Below, in pieces: positions 50,380 through 59,155 of a DNA stretch of 64,000 nt; positions within the stretch are counted from its first letter, which is position 1, and the number at the start of each line of letters is the position of its first letter. The translations under genes were made by a program, and so were the position numbers. Origin of the DNA: a virus. The notes beneath the pieces were generated by a model that had not been told where the DNA came from, did no database searches, and saw nothing but the letters and a program-made list of their open reading frames with translations. The stretch covers positions 79,078 through 143,077 of IMG/VR virus record IMGVR_UViG_3300024999_000041. One strand, given 5' to 3'.

Positions 50380-51277
50380 TAGGTAGTTTATTGTGTTTCA
50401 ATAAAATGGAATAGATAACATCATGTTTAAATTTAAATTTAGAACTGTATGTTCTTAAATTAGGTAAAAATAAATTACTTAATTCTACAAGTTCTAACAC
50501 ATTTAATAATTGAAGTTCTTCTTTTTCTATGTACCTTCTTATTTTCTTACTCTGAGATTTATTTATGAGTTTATCTTTCTCGAAGGATAATAAAAGATTG
50601 ATGCAGGATTCAGAATCAGTATTAATATTTTGTAAATGTTGAATAGTTTTGTCAATATTAGTTTTCTTAGTATTGTCGATTAAATCTAAAAAATATCTAT
50701 TATGGTCTGTCTCTGGAAGAACTTCATTTTTTAATTTTATCTTCGTATCTGGAATCAATATTTCAGAATTTTTCTCCGAATCCACCGAACTAATTTTGTA
50801 GAAACCTACATTAACCACCATCGATTTAGAGAATAAAATAGGATAGTCAATAAAAGTTCCGAGCATATAGGTATCATTAACCACCTTATCCGCAGTCATA
50901 AAATATCTTTGATATCCCGCTTTTAAATCCTCCTCTATAAAAATCCAATCATTGCTAATAGGAACCCTATCTCCCAACTCAGTAAAATAATCAGAATCTA
51001 ACAAAGTAACAAATTCCACTATATCATTTCTTTTTAAAATTATTAATTCCTTGTCTTGAGGAGTAAATAGCTGTTTCTGATTTAATAATAATTCCATCTG
51101 AGTTTCTACGGGCTGTTTTATAAAATAATTTACAGGTATTTTTAAGGTTTTAAGAAAGGTTTCAATACCTGAATTAGACATTTTAAAAGGATAATTGTCC
51201 TCGAAAAATTTATCAATCTCCTTAACACTTAAATTATAGATTTCCCCGTTTAAGTATTTATCCCTAATTAGTTTCAT
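50342..51277 (-). CDS. Hypothetical protein (DUF932-like N-terminus)
   Basis: L.IP..YF.K.P......L pattern. Confidence 0.45.
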   Translation of the reverse strand: MKLIRDKYLNGEIYNLSVKEIDKFFEDNYPFKMSNSGIETFLKTLKIPVNYFIKQPVETQMELLLNQKQLFTPQDKELIILKRNDIVEFVTLLDSDYFTELGDRVPISNDWIFIEEDLKAGYQRYFMTADKVVNDTYMLGTFIDYPILFSKSMVVNVGFYKISSVDSEKNSEILIPDTKIKLKNEVLPETDHNRYFLDLIDNTKKTNIDKTIQHLQNINTDSESCINLLLSFEKDKLINKSQSKKIRRYIEKEELQLLNVLELVELSNLFLPNLRTYSSKFKFKHDVIYSILLKHNKLPNVDFIQDFQEGY

Positions 51278-51995
51278 ATATTCCTCCTAAATCTTCTATA
51301 GCAAATTTTAGTTTATCTAAAAAAATATTTAATCCCGAAGGATTACTTAAAAACATAGCACAATCTTTATGTGCTGGAGTAACAACTTTATGCTGAACAT
51401 GCCAATCTGTGGAAGTAGTTAAAATTCTATGTATTCTATTTTCTTCTTTATTTACAGATTTCTTACCTACGTTGTCTATTTTATCTTCATCATTATCGTA
51501 ACAAAATATTATCTTAGAGACAGTATTCTTAAATATTTCTAAATTGCTAATAGTTATCTCAGAGCCATTTAAAGCTAGGCAATATTTGTAATATTGTTTT
51601 AACCATATAGCATCTTTAACACCTTCACAAATTATAACAGGTTTGGTATAGTCAAAATCAGAAAAATCCTCCCACCCAAATATAGGGGGAATGTTGTTTT
51701 TATAATCAAAAATAGTTCTATACTCTTTTTTATCATAACTTCTCAAAACAAAACCTATGATTTTTTTACTGGGGGTAGCTAAAGGAATCATCCAAAAACA
51801 AGGATTTTCTTCAAAATACTTCCAAAAACTTTTAATAGGATACTGATATTTTATAGTATCCTTAACAAAAACTAAACCCACAGGTAATCCCTTCTTCAAT
51901 TGAAAACATGTATAGTTTTCATTAGTTTCTGGAACTAACCCACACACAGGTATAGAATGTTTATAAAGTTTTATAAAATCCTCTAACAAACCCAA
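51264..51995 (-). CDS. DnaG-type primase catalytic (Toprim) domain lacking a Zn-binding domain
   Basis: MIPL......IIGF..R.....Y, IFG, ICEGVKDAI, ALNG, CYDND..G, KD. Confidence 0.82.
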   Translation of the reverse strand: MGLLEDFIKLYKHSIPVCGLVPETNENYTCFQLKKGLPVGLVFVKDTIKYQYPIKSFWKYFEENPCFWMIPLATPSKKIIGFVLRSYDKKEYRTIFDYKNNIPPIFGWEDFSDFDYTKPVIICEGVKDAIWLKQYYKYCLALNGSEITISNLEIFKNTVSKIIFCYDNDEDKIDNVGKKSVNKEENRIHRILTTSTDWHVQHKVVTPAHKDCAMFLSNPSGLNIFLDKLKFAIEDLGGIYETN

Positions 51996-52019
51996 TCCTC
52001 AATATTCACCCATAACAAC

Positions 52020-52048
52020 ATTATAACATAACACAAAGGATATGTCAA
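52020..52048 (-). promoter_or_regulatory. Consensus sigma70 promoter for primase-sigma-terminase operon
   Basis: TTGACA-17-TATAAT with TG extension. Confidence 0.85.
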
Positions 52049-52155
52049 TACCGTTACAAGATTAAATTTTAATTAAAATGAGGCAAGTATTACAAAACGC
52101 TAAGATGACAGAGTGTGGTCAATGAGCAAAAGTAATTTAGCCTAAAGTCAGTGAT

Positions 52156-52217
52156 GACAAGATACAATTACTACTATGTAAGTTTGTATAGTTTCATTTC
52201 TTGTTATTAAGATTAAT
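52156..52217. repeat. 62-bp direct repeat copy 1 (hairpin-forming)
   Basis: gacaagatacaattactactatgtaagtttgtatagtttcatttcttgttattaagattaat, identical to 52574-52635. Confidence 0.95.
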
Positions 52218-52522
52218 GATAGTAGTTTTCCATATACAATCCAAGCTTACTCTTCTTAACAGGTATTAATAACCTATTCTCCTCAAAGAGAGATAACTGT
52301 GAACGTGCTTTTTAACCTATTATTATAACAGGTTAGGGCTTTAAAAGAACAACTGTATGGGAAACTTCTGTAACTATTTAAGTGAGATTGCTTTTTTTAT
52401 CAGCGTTTCACCCAGTACATTCATCTCTACGAGATGGTTTAACAATTTACTTACAGGGAGATTTCGTTGTTGCATACAGAAGAGTATTAACCATTTCTTC
52501 AGCATTTTACCCATCTGATAAC

Positions 52523-52551
52523 ATTTTAGCATATTATAACAATTATGTCAA
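52523..52551 (-). promoter_or_regulatory. Sigma70 promoter reading into the non-coding locus
   Basis: TTGACA-17-TAAAAT with TG extension. Confidence 0.75.
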
Positions 52552-52573
52552 GATTTTAATTCCTTCAGTTTCC

Positions 52574-52635
52574 GACAAGATACAATTACTACTATGTAAG
52601 TTTGTATAGTTTCATTTCTTGTTATTAAGATTAAT
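52574..52635. repeat. 62-bp direct repeat copy 2
   Basis: Identical to 52156-52217. Confidence 0.95.
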
Positions 52636-52675
52636 TCTCTAAAGAGAAAAGAAATATAAATATATTTATATAATA

Positions 52676-53080
52676 TTAAACTCTATAATAAGGAGTTTTA
52701 TAAACTCCCATATCTCCAAATAAGTCTAACTTATAATTTCTTTTATCTGCTATTCTTTTTTTAAAATTATTACTAATATTTAACTCTGCTAATTCATTGA
52801 AAAGATTCTGAATAAATTCAGAATTAAATAGGTTATGTAATCTATCTGTTTTCTTAAGATTGTTAAAACTAACTATTAAGCATATAGAATTACCGTCTCT
52901 ATGATAATCAAATTTTGCTTTATACAACTTTCCTAAAGCTTCCTCTTTTTTATACCTGTCTAAAATTTTCATGACATCGTAGATATCTGATTTAATTATT
53001 TCCTCTTCTTCGTCATGAAGAACATCTTCTTTTTCTAAATCTAACTTATCCATTATCTGTTTTATAAAATCTAAAGACAT
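52676..53080 (-). CDS. Hypothetical late protein
   Basis: Preceded by late motif at 53112. Confidence 0.6.
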   Translation of the reverse strand: MSLDFIKQIMDKLDLEKEDVLHDEEEEIIKSDIYDVMKILDRYKKEEALGKLYKAKFDYHRDGNSICLIVSFNNLKKTDRLHNLFNSEFIQNLFNELAELNISNNFKKRIADKRNYKLDLFGDMGVYKTPYYRV

Positions 53081-53172
53081 AAATCCACCCTGACGTATTA
53101 TGTTTTCTAAATATAATATAAAAATATCCGTCGATTTAGGGTCGACGGATACAAACTTATTATAGTTAATTA

Positions 53173-53691
53173 TTATACGCTAGGTTTAATTGAAGGGTTG
53201 CCTCCAGATTGTACATTTTTGTCTACTTTATCAGCAGTACTTTTCCTTGTTATGATACCCATAATGTTATCAATATACTGTTGAAGTTGTGGGTCCATCT
53301 GACCTCCCATAGCAGATTTAAGATATTCAGCAACTCCTAGAGCCCCTTCTTTTCCAGTTGAGTTAGGATTCATAATTTTTTCCAAAGCACTCAACATAAG
53401 AATATTTTCATTCATTAATTCTTCTGACTTAGCCTTAGCTTTACCTTCTCCAGATATACTTTTAGGAACAGTGTGTTCAATGTCTGGAGCTTTATCGTCT
53501 TTAGATTTAGCTAGTTGAGCTTTATCCACTCTTTTTTTAACTCTCTTAAGGTCTACTTTTTGAGTAGTACCTTCCCCAGATATATCACTAGGGGTAGTGT
53601 GTTGTATTTCTACTTCTTTAGCTGATTCTTGCATCTTTCTTAATTGCAGTCTAGCTATAAAGTCATAAGAGCTGTCGAATCTTTCGTTCAT
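53173..53691 (-). CDS. Hypothetical protein with short internal repeat
   Basis: IQHTTPSDISGEG / IEHTVPKSISGEG; terminator at about 53126-53150. Confidence 0.6.
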   Translation of the reverse strand: MNERFDSSYDFIARLQLRKMQESAKEVEIQHTTPSDISGEGTTQKVDLKRVKKRVDKAQLAKSKDDKAPDIEHTVPKSISGEGKAKAKSEELMNENILMLSALEKIMNPNSTGKEGALGVAEYLKSAMGGQMDPQLQQYIDNIMGIITRKSTADKVDKNVQSGGNPSIKPSV

Positions 53692-53705
53692 TTTAATACT
53701 CCTGT

Positions 53706-53936
53706 TTAATAATTATAACTTGTGTCTTTATTTTTTAAAACTCTCTTTAGTTCTTGTTCCAACTCCATATTATCTATTACTTCAAGAGCTTTGGATAAAG
53801 TAATTAAAGTTGGGTCAAATTTTCTAGCAAAGTTTATAATGTCTTGTACTTTATAGTTATCCCCATAAACATTACAAGTCTCTTTTTCATTAAGAACACT
53901 ACAAAATTCTATTATTTTTTGAAATTTACTAATCAT
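53706..53936 (-). CDS. Hypothetical protein, probable internal head protein
   Basis: Leader MISKFQKIIEFCSVLNE; late motif at 53963. Confidence 0.55.
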   Translation of the reverse strand: MISKFQKIIEFCSVLNEKETCNVYGDNYKVQDIINFARKFDPTLITLSKALEVIDNMELEQELKRVLKNKDTSYNY

Positions 53937-53983
53937 AGTGAGTTCCTTATAATATATCTATTTATAATATAAACTAATGTCTT

Positions 53984-54763
53984 CTACAGTTTATATTCCT
54001 TTATGTATTTTATTTTTTTACTAGATACTCTACTTTCGGAATGTTTAAATTCATGGGAACATTCAATACATTTAATAATTTTTGAAGTTACTATTACTTC
54101 AAAACAAGTTATTTTACATTTGTTCTCTAAAACATCTATTTTTTTATCTATTGTTTCTTTTATATTTTTTGTAATTGTCCTAAAAGTTAGGTTACTTCTA
54201 CATTTAGGGCAATTGTGAACATAAGTATCTTTTAACCTCTGTGTCAGCTTATTAGAGACCTCTTCTAAAGTTATTTTACCTATTAACTGATTCAATAAAG
54301 TTTCTTTTAATAAATTATTTATCTTCAAATTTTTATTTTTACATAAATCTAATAAATCTTCTTGTTTTAAATTTCTTAGTTTACTATGTAACTTATTTAT
54401 TTTATCATTTATAAGAGCTTCCCTGCTTATTTCAAAAGATAAATCATCCTTAACTGAAACAATCCCCACCTTATTTAATTTATATCTCTTTAAAACGCTA
54501 CAAACTTCTTCAGAATGTTTATGATGTATAATTAAGTAGATGTAGTCAAAAAATTTAAGATATGTCCTTAGCTGAGGTATAAATCTCTTTAGATTATCTG
54601 CCTCGGACTTTATTTCATATCCTATAAAATGCTCATCTTTAAGTAATGCGAAGTCAACTCTATTCTTCCCATTTATATCATATTCGTTAATAAAAATTCC
54701 CTGATTAAAAAATTCTTTATTTTCTAAAATATACTTTAATCTTATATCTTTATCTTTAATCAT
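53984..54763 (-). CDS. sce7726-like PD-(D/E)xK nuclease with C-terminal Zn ribbon
   Basis: RVDFA...GYEIKSEADNLKRF..Q...Y...FDY; CPKC...CIEC. Confidence 0.75.
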   Translation of the reverse strand: MIKDKDIRLKYILENKEFFNQGIFINEYDINGKNRVDFALLKDEHFIGYEIKSEADNLKRFIPQLRTYLKFFDYIYLIIHHKHSEEVCSVLKRYKLNKVGIVSVKDDLSFEISREALINDKINKLHSKLRNLKQEDLLDLCKNKNLKINNLLKETLLNQLIGKITLEEVSNKLTQRLKDTYVHNCPKCRSNLTFRTITKNIKETIDKKIDVLENKCKITCFEVIVTSKIIKCIECSHEFKHSESRVSSKKIKYIKEYKL

Positions 54764-54805
54764 ACCCTTATACTTGATTATCTAAGCCTAAATATAATAT
54801 AAACC

Positions 54806-55207
54806 TTACTTAGATATAAAATATTCGTAAACTATATAATCTTTCTCATATCTTTTCCAATTTATCGGGTTAAAAAATCCTTTGAAGAATGACCCAGAAT
54901 CTTGAATAAATTTATAATCGTTTAATAATTTTTTTAAAATTCCCCCTAACTTAGTACTGTTTCTTTTATCCTGAAAAAATTTTCTAAAATTGTTATCTAA
55001 TAGTTCACTTTCTTTTTTAATATATAATTTAAATGAAAGCCTGTTTTTACTGTAGTATCTAATCTCTGCCACTCTTTTTGGATTGTAGTAATTAGTTAAG
55101 TTCTTGTTCCAGAGGGTTATTTGGCAATCTAAATCATTCATAATTAACTCCTTAATATAGTGTATATCATACCACCAATAATCAATTATATCAATACATC
55201 TTGACAA
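54806..55207 (-). CDS. Hypothetical protein
   Basis: Likely start MNDLD after AAGGAG. Confidence 0.5.
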   Translation of the reverse strand: MSRCIDIIDYWWYDIHYIKELIMNDLDCQITLWNKNLTNYYNPKRVAEIRYYSKNRLSFKLYIKKESELLDNNFRKFFQDKRNSTKLGGILKKLLNDYKFIQDSGSFFKGFFNPINWKRYEKDYIVYEYFISK

Positions 55208-55229
55208 AACATTAACAATATGTTACAAT
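55201..55229 (+). promoter_or_regulatory. Sigma70 promoter for the only plus-strand operon
   Basis: TTGACA-17-TACAAT with TG extension. Confidence 0.75.
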
Positions 55230-55261
55230 GTATATATAATAAATAAGGAAATATTAAAATT

Positions 55262-55918
55262 ATGATTTATTTTTTAGACAATAATCCAGAATTAGCAGGA
55301 ATCTATTTGTCGGATAAACATCTATCTTGTCAACTGGGAAGTGCTTGTACTGTAATTTGTACGGTATTGGAAAATTACACCGATTCTTCTATGCCTCAAA
55401 AAGTAATAAATAAAAGTAACGCTGTAGTTAGTTGGGCTAGTATCTCTAAATCTAATTTTGAATGGTTAGTAGAATACGCTCAATCCGTGCAACGTCATTT
55501 TTATACCATTTATGGTAAATATCATAATACTACTATAGATTTATCTTCCATTATAGTTCCTGAATTACCCAAAGGAGGACTTATGGAATTTCCTCAGTTA
55601 CTTCCAGATAGGTATAAAATGGAAGGAAATTCTGTAGAAGCCTATAGAAATTATTATGTTATGGAAAAAGCTAAAATATCCAATTATAGACAAAAAGCTC
55701 CAGATTGGTTTTTAAATAAATTAGACGAGACCCAGAGAACTCTATACATGGATTATTTTGAACACATAGGTACCAATTTAAGAATATACAGGGATAGTGA
55801 TACAGGTATTGTTATACAAAAAAAATTAGAGGATAGTTGGGTATCCTTAGGTAACTTAACTTTAGAAGAGCAAATACTGATTGAGAGGATACTGGATAAT
55901 GGGTTTAGGGAAGGATAG
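55262..55918 (+). CDS. Pyrimidine-dimer DNA glycosylase (DenV/endonuclease V)-like protein
   Basis: IYFLD.NP..A.....DKH, WA..S..NF.WL, YGK.H, FPQ.LPD.YK, VEAYRNYY..EK, P.W. Confidence 0.75.
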   Translation: MIYFLDNNPELAGIYLSDKHLSCQLGSACTVICTVLENYTDSSMPQKVINKSNAVVSWASISKSNFEWLVEYAQSVQRHFYTIYGKYHNTTIDLSSIIVPELPKGGLMEFPQLLPDRYKMEGNSVEAYRNYYVMEKAKISNYRQKAPDWFLNKLDETQRTLYMDYFEHIGTNLRIYRDSDTGIVIQKKLEDSWVSLGNLTLEEQILIERILDNGFREG

Positions 55919-56084
55919 CCTAGAGGAGCTGGTTTTTGAACTTTACCAGTCTGGGGAAAATAGGGAAGAGTTATTGAAGTCTTTAATCTGTACTTTTATT
56001 AATCTAGCAAATATTGATAAAGATTCAGAAGTACAATTAACAGCAAAAAGTTTATTAGAAACAGCAAAAAATTTAATAATATAA
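55881..56084 (+). CDS. Small hypothetical protein
   Basis: Overlaps the previous stop; likely start MGLGK. Confidence 0.5.
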   Translation: MRGYWIMGLGKDSLEELVFELYQSGENREELLKSLICTFINLANIDKDSEVQLTAKSLLETAKNLII

Positions 56085-56094
56085 GAAATTGTAT

Positions 56095-56178
56095 TTTATA
56101 TTATAATTGAATACTATATACAATTTACTATGAAGTTTTTCTGAGCAGGTTTCCTCCTTTACTGCTCAGTTTTTATTT
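56095..56178 (+). ncRNA. Candidate ~65-nt late small RNA ending in a terminator hairpin with anti-SD loop
   Basis: TTTATATTATA at 56095-56105, stem CTGAGCAG/CTGCTCAG with loop GTTTCCTCCTTTA, then T-tract. Confidence 0.4.
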
Positions 56179-56266
56179 GTTATATTTTGAATATAGAAAT
56201 AGAGCCTCATAAAGGCTCTATAACGACTACGTATTTCGATTTATACAGATGATATACGAGTAATGA

Positions 56267-56722
56267 TTAATCTGTTAATTTTAACAATATCTGATTACAT
56301 GTATTTCTTATCTCAGATATAGATATCTCTAATTTTTCATTAGTTTTTGCTTGACTGTCTAAGAACATTTTGAACTCTTGTCTCAATAGATATCTTTGGT
56401 CATTGTGTTCTAAGTTAGTATTTTTACATTTAATAGTATGGTTCTCTATTAAATTCTCTGTTTCTTCAAATATTTCTTCTTTTAATTCTTCTTTTAATTC
56501 TTCTTTACAGTCTTTTACTTTTTTATCTATCTCAGAGCTTACCCCTTTTTGCAAATTGTCCTCATAATATTTTTTAATTATATCTTCTACTACTTTCTTA
56601 AATATCCACTTACCTGCATATTTTATAATTAATACTATGATACCAATGCTACTGGCATAGTAAGCTGGTATACTTAAAAAGGATAAACAATCTTTTAATG
56701 TAGTAGCACCTAAATCTATCAT
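56267..56722 (-). CDS. Single-TM coiled-coil protein (holin/antiholin-like)
   Basis: Hydrophobic segment FLSIPAYYASSIGIIVLIIKYAG, then coiled coil; start MIDLG after GAGG and late motif. Confidence 0.45.
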   Translation of the reverse strand: MIDLGATTLKDCLSFLSIPAYYASSIGIIVLIIKYAGKWIFKKVVEDIIKKYYEDNLQKGVSSEIDKKVKDCKEELKEELKEEIFEETENLIENHTIKCKNTNLEHNDQRYLLRQEFKMFLDSQAKTNEKLEISISEIRNTCNQILLKLTD

Positions 56723-56830
56723 ATTTAATTTCCTCGTAAAATACCATTCCCTAAATATAATATAAATCAACCATAATAAAACAAGAGGGCTTTTTACACC
56801 CTCTTGTTTATTTATTTTTTAGATTAACTA

Positions 56831-59155
56831 TTATGCTAAAGGAGCTTCTACGTATTCGATAAGTACCGTAGCAGAACCTATAACAGGAGAACCAGCTACT
56901 ACGACTCTAGCAACACCTACGTTAGTTGCACCTACTGTCAAGAAAGGTCTTGATTCGTATGCGTTAGCTGTTTCAGCATCATTATCTCCAGTAGCTTGAA
57001 TTTCTAAGTCGGTAGCACCGTCTACGATAACTTGAAGAGTAGCACCTGCTGAATAAACTGAGTTTATTCTAGTTGTTACTGATTTAACAATAGCATTTTC
57101 AGGGATTGATGTAGTGGAACTTACGCTCGAAGTACCAACTGTTATCGCTATGTGTTTTGCTAAACCGTTAGATGTAGCGATACCAGAAAGTAAGTTAGCT
57201 TTTGTTATTTTCTTGTTAGTGCCAGAATCGTTAATTAACAATTCATCACTGTCGTCTGCTGATGTTGCAGCCGTTAGACTAGCGATGTCTACATAACTAC
57301 CAGAAACTTTACTATCTTTAAGTAAAACACCGTCTATGCTAACACCATTAGCAGGTGTTAATTCAGAGATAGTGTCCACTTTAACAGCTCCAGAGAAGGA
57401 TTTGTCTCCTGTTACTGTTTCAGTACCAGCTAAATGGACAACTGCTGAATCTGTAGCTAATGTTGAAACGTCTTTACCATCGACTAAACCATCTTTAATA
57501 AGAACTGTTTCAATGGTAACACCAGCATCAAGAGTAGATTCTACGATATCATCAGTTTTTATACCACCCGAGAAATCTTTTTGACCTGTAACAACTTCAG
57601 CACCTGATAAATGGACAACTGCTGAATCTGTAGCTAATGTTGAAACATCCATACCATCGACTAAACCGTCTTTGATAAGAACTCCATCAACAGTAACACC
57701 AGCGTTAAGGGTAGATTCTAAGATATTATCTGTTTTAAGGTCATCTTGGAAATCTTTTTGACCAGTTATTGCTTCAGCACCAGCTAAGTGGACAACTGCG
57801 GAATCGACTGCCAAGCCAGCAACCAAGTTTGATTTTTGCATTTTTCTATAAGCTGTAGCAGAAGCATCGTATATAGGTAAGAAATCTCCATCTGCTATGC
57901 TTGTTTCTTCTGTTAATGTATTAAAGTTATCGTCAGCAGGTCTTCCAGTTAAATCAGTATAAGCTTTTGTAGCTAAATCTGCTAAGGAAGAACCTGTTTT
58001 GTCTATTTTAGACCATGCTATAGCTGCTGTAGCAGAAACCTCGTTGTTTGTGATTCCGCCAGCTTTAACTCTTAATATATCTGTATTTATTTCAATGGTA
58101 GAATCGTCGACTTTAACTTCTAAAGAACCGTCGACATTTTGACCTAAACCAGAACCCGCCACATCAGCGTTAATTTTATCTTTATCTACTGAATCGTTTG
58201 CTAATTTTGCTGTAGATATTCCTAAGTCTTTAACTCTTAACGTATCTGTATTAATTTCTATAGTAGTAGCATCTACGTTTACACTTAGGGTATTACCTGT
58301 TTTTGAAAGTCCATCACCAGCCAGAACTTGACCAGCACCAGAGAATTGAGCAAATGCTAACGCTGTTGTATCAACTGTGATAGGATTATCTGTAGTTAAT
58401 ACAAAACCTGCATCGGCTAAGGTACTACCTGCTTCTACGAAGAAGAATGAACCCGATACTACTTCGGATGCAGGGCTTCCATCAAAATCTGTAGCTCTTG
58501 TTAATACGAATGGATTGGATACATCACCGACAGCAGTTACAACATAAATACCGTTATCTACTCCTGCTACTTGGTTTTTAACTAATATTCTATCACCTGC
58601 CACAACAGCAATACCATCTATAGATAAAGCACCATTAGCATCTGCTGTTAAAGTCTTACCAACTTGAGAACCAGAAGGTGTACAAGCAGGTAACACGTCC
58701 ACACTAGCTAGTCTAACAGGAGCATGTACTGTTAAACCCTGAGCTACTGAGTCTACGTATGCTTTTGTGGCTGCATCTTGAGCTACTGTAGGGTCTGCCA
58801 CACTTGTTAATTTAAAACCACCCATTGATTGAGCTGCCGTAAATGCAACCGTACCATCTTTTTTAATAACTGTGGAGTCAACTGCTAATGTTGAAACATC
58901 CATACCATCTACTAAACCATCTTTAATAAGAACTGTTTCAATGGTAACACCAGCATCGGTTGTTTTTTCTGTGATAGTATCTGTTAAAACTGAAGTATTG
59001 GCTGTTAAACTGTCTACTGTAAGATTTTTTAAAGCCGAACCATCAAAACTTCTAACTTCAAAACCGTTGGTTACTTTTCTAAGCATAATGCCTTTAGGAC
59101 CACCGATTAAGAAATCAGTTTTCATAGTACCTAATAACACTGAAAATAATGACAT
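56831..59155 (-). CDS. Virion fibre/decoration protein with internal repeats
   Basis: ADPTVAQDAATKAYVD, GDRILVKNQ...NGIY..., QFSGAG...AGDGL.KTGNTL, repeated AGVT(I/V)..VLIKDGLVDG.DVSTLA and SAVVHLAG.E..TG.K.F. Confidence 0.75.
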   Translation of the reverse strand: MSLFSVLLGTMKTDFLIGGPKGIMLRKVTNGFEVRSFDGSALKNLTVDSLTANTSVLTDTITEKTTDAGVTIETVLIKDGLVDGMDVSTLAVDSTVIKKDGTVAFTAAQSMGGFKLTSVADPTVAQDAATKAYVDSVAQGLTVHAPVRLASVDVLPACTPSGSQVGKTLTADANGALSIDGIAVVAGDRILVKNQVAGVDNGIYVVTAVGDVSNPFVLTRATDFDGSPASEVVSGSFFFVEAGSTLADAGFVLTTDNPITVDTTALAFAQFSGAGQVLAGDGLSKTGNTLSVNVDATTIEINTDTLRVKDLGISTAKLANDSVDKDKINADVAGSGLGQNVDGSLEVKVDDSTIEINTDILRVKAGGITNNEVSATAAIAWSKIDKTGSSLADLATKAYTDLTGRPADDNFNTLTEETSIADGDFLPIYDASATAYRKMQKSNLVAGLAVDSAVVHLAGAEAITGQKDFQDDLKTDNILESTLNAGVTVDGVLIKDGLVDGMDVSTLATDSAVVHLSGAEVVTGQKDFSGGIKTDDIVESTLDAGVTIETVLIKDGLVDGKDVSTLATDSAVVHLAGTETVTGDKSFSGAVKVDTISELTPANGVSIDGVLLKDSKVSGSYVDIASLTAATSADDSDELLINDSGTNKKITKANLLSGIATSNGLAKHIAITVGTSSVSSTTSIPENAIVKSVTTRINSVYSAGATLQVIVDGATDLEIQATGDNDAETANAYESRPFLTVGATNVGVARVVVAGSPVIGSATVLIEYVEAPLA

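Larger units (their letters stand above)
52081..52635 (+). ncRNA. Candidate structured non-coding RNA or structured origin region
   Basis: Multiple nested stems, most with G-U/T wobbles that favour the + strand; no convincing ORF. Confidence 0.45.

Noticed and set aside
52430-52510. Hammerhead ribozyme (CTGAAGA...GAAA on minus strand)
   Set aside because: No stem II closing between the two core motifs
52382-52609. Plus-strand 75-aa ORF and a minus-strand 43-aa ORF (MLKKWLILF...) inside the structured locus
   Set aside because: No RBS or recognisable motif; the 43-aa ORF follows a promoter so cannot be fully excluded
52156-52635. 62-bp repeats as a CRISPR array
   Set aside because: Only two copies, repeat too long, 356-bp spacer, no cas genes in the window
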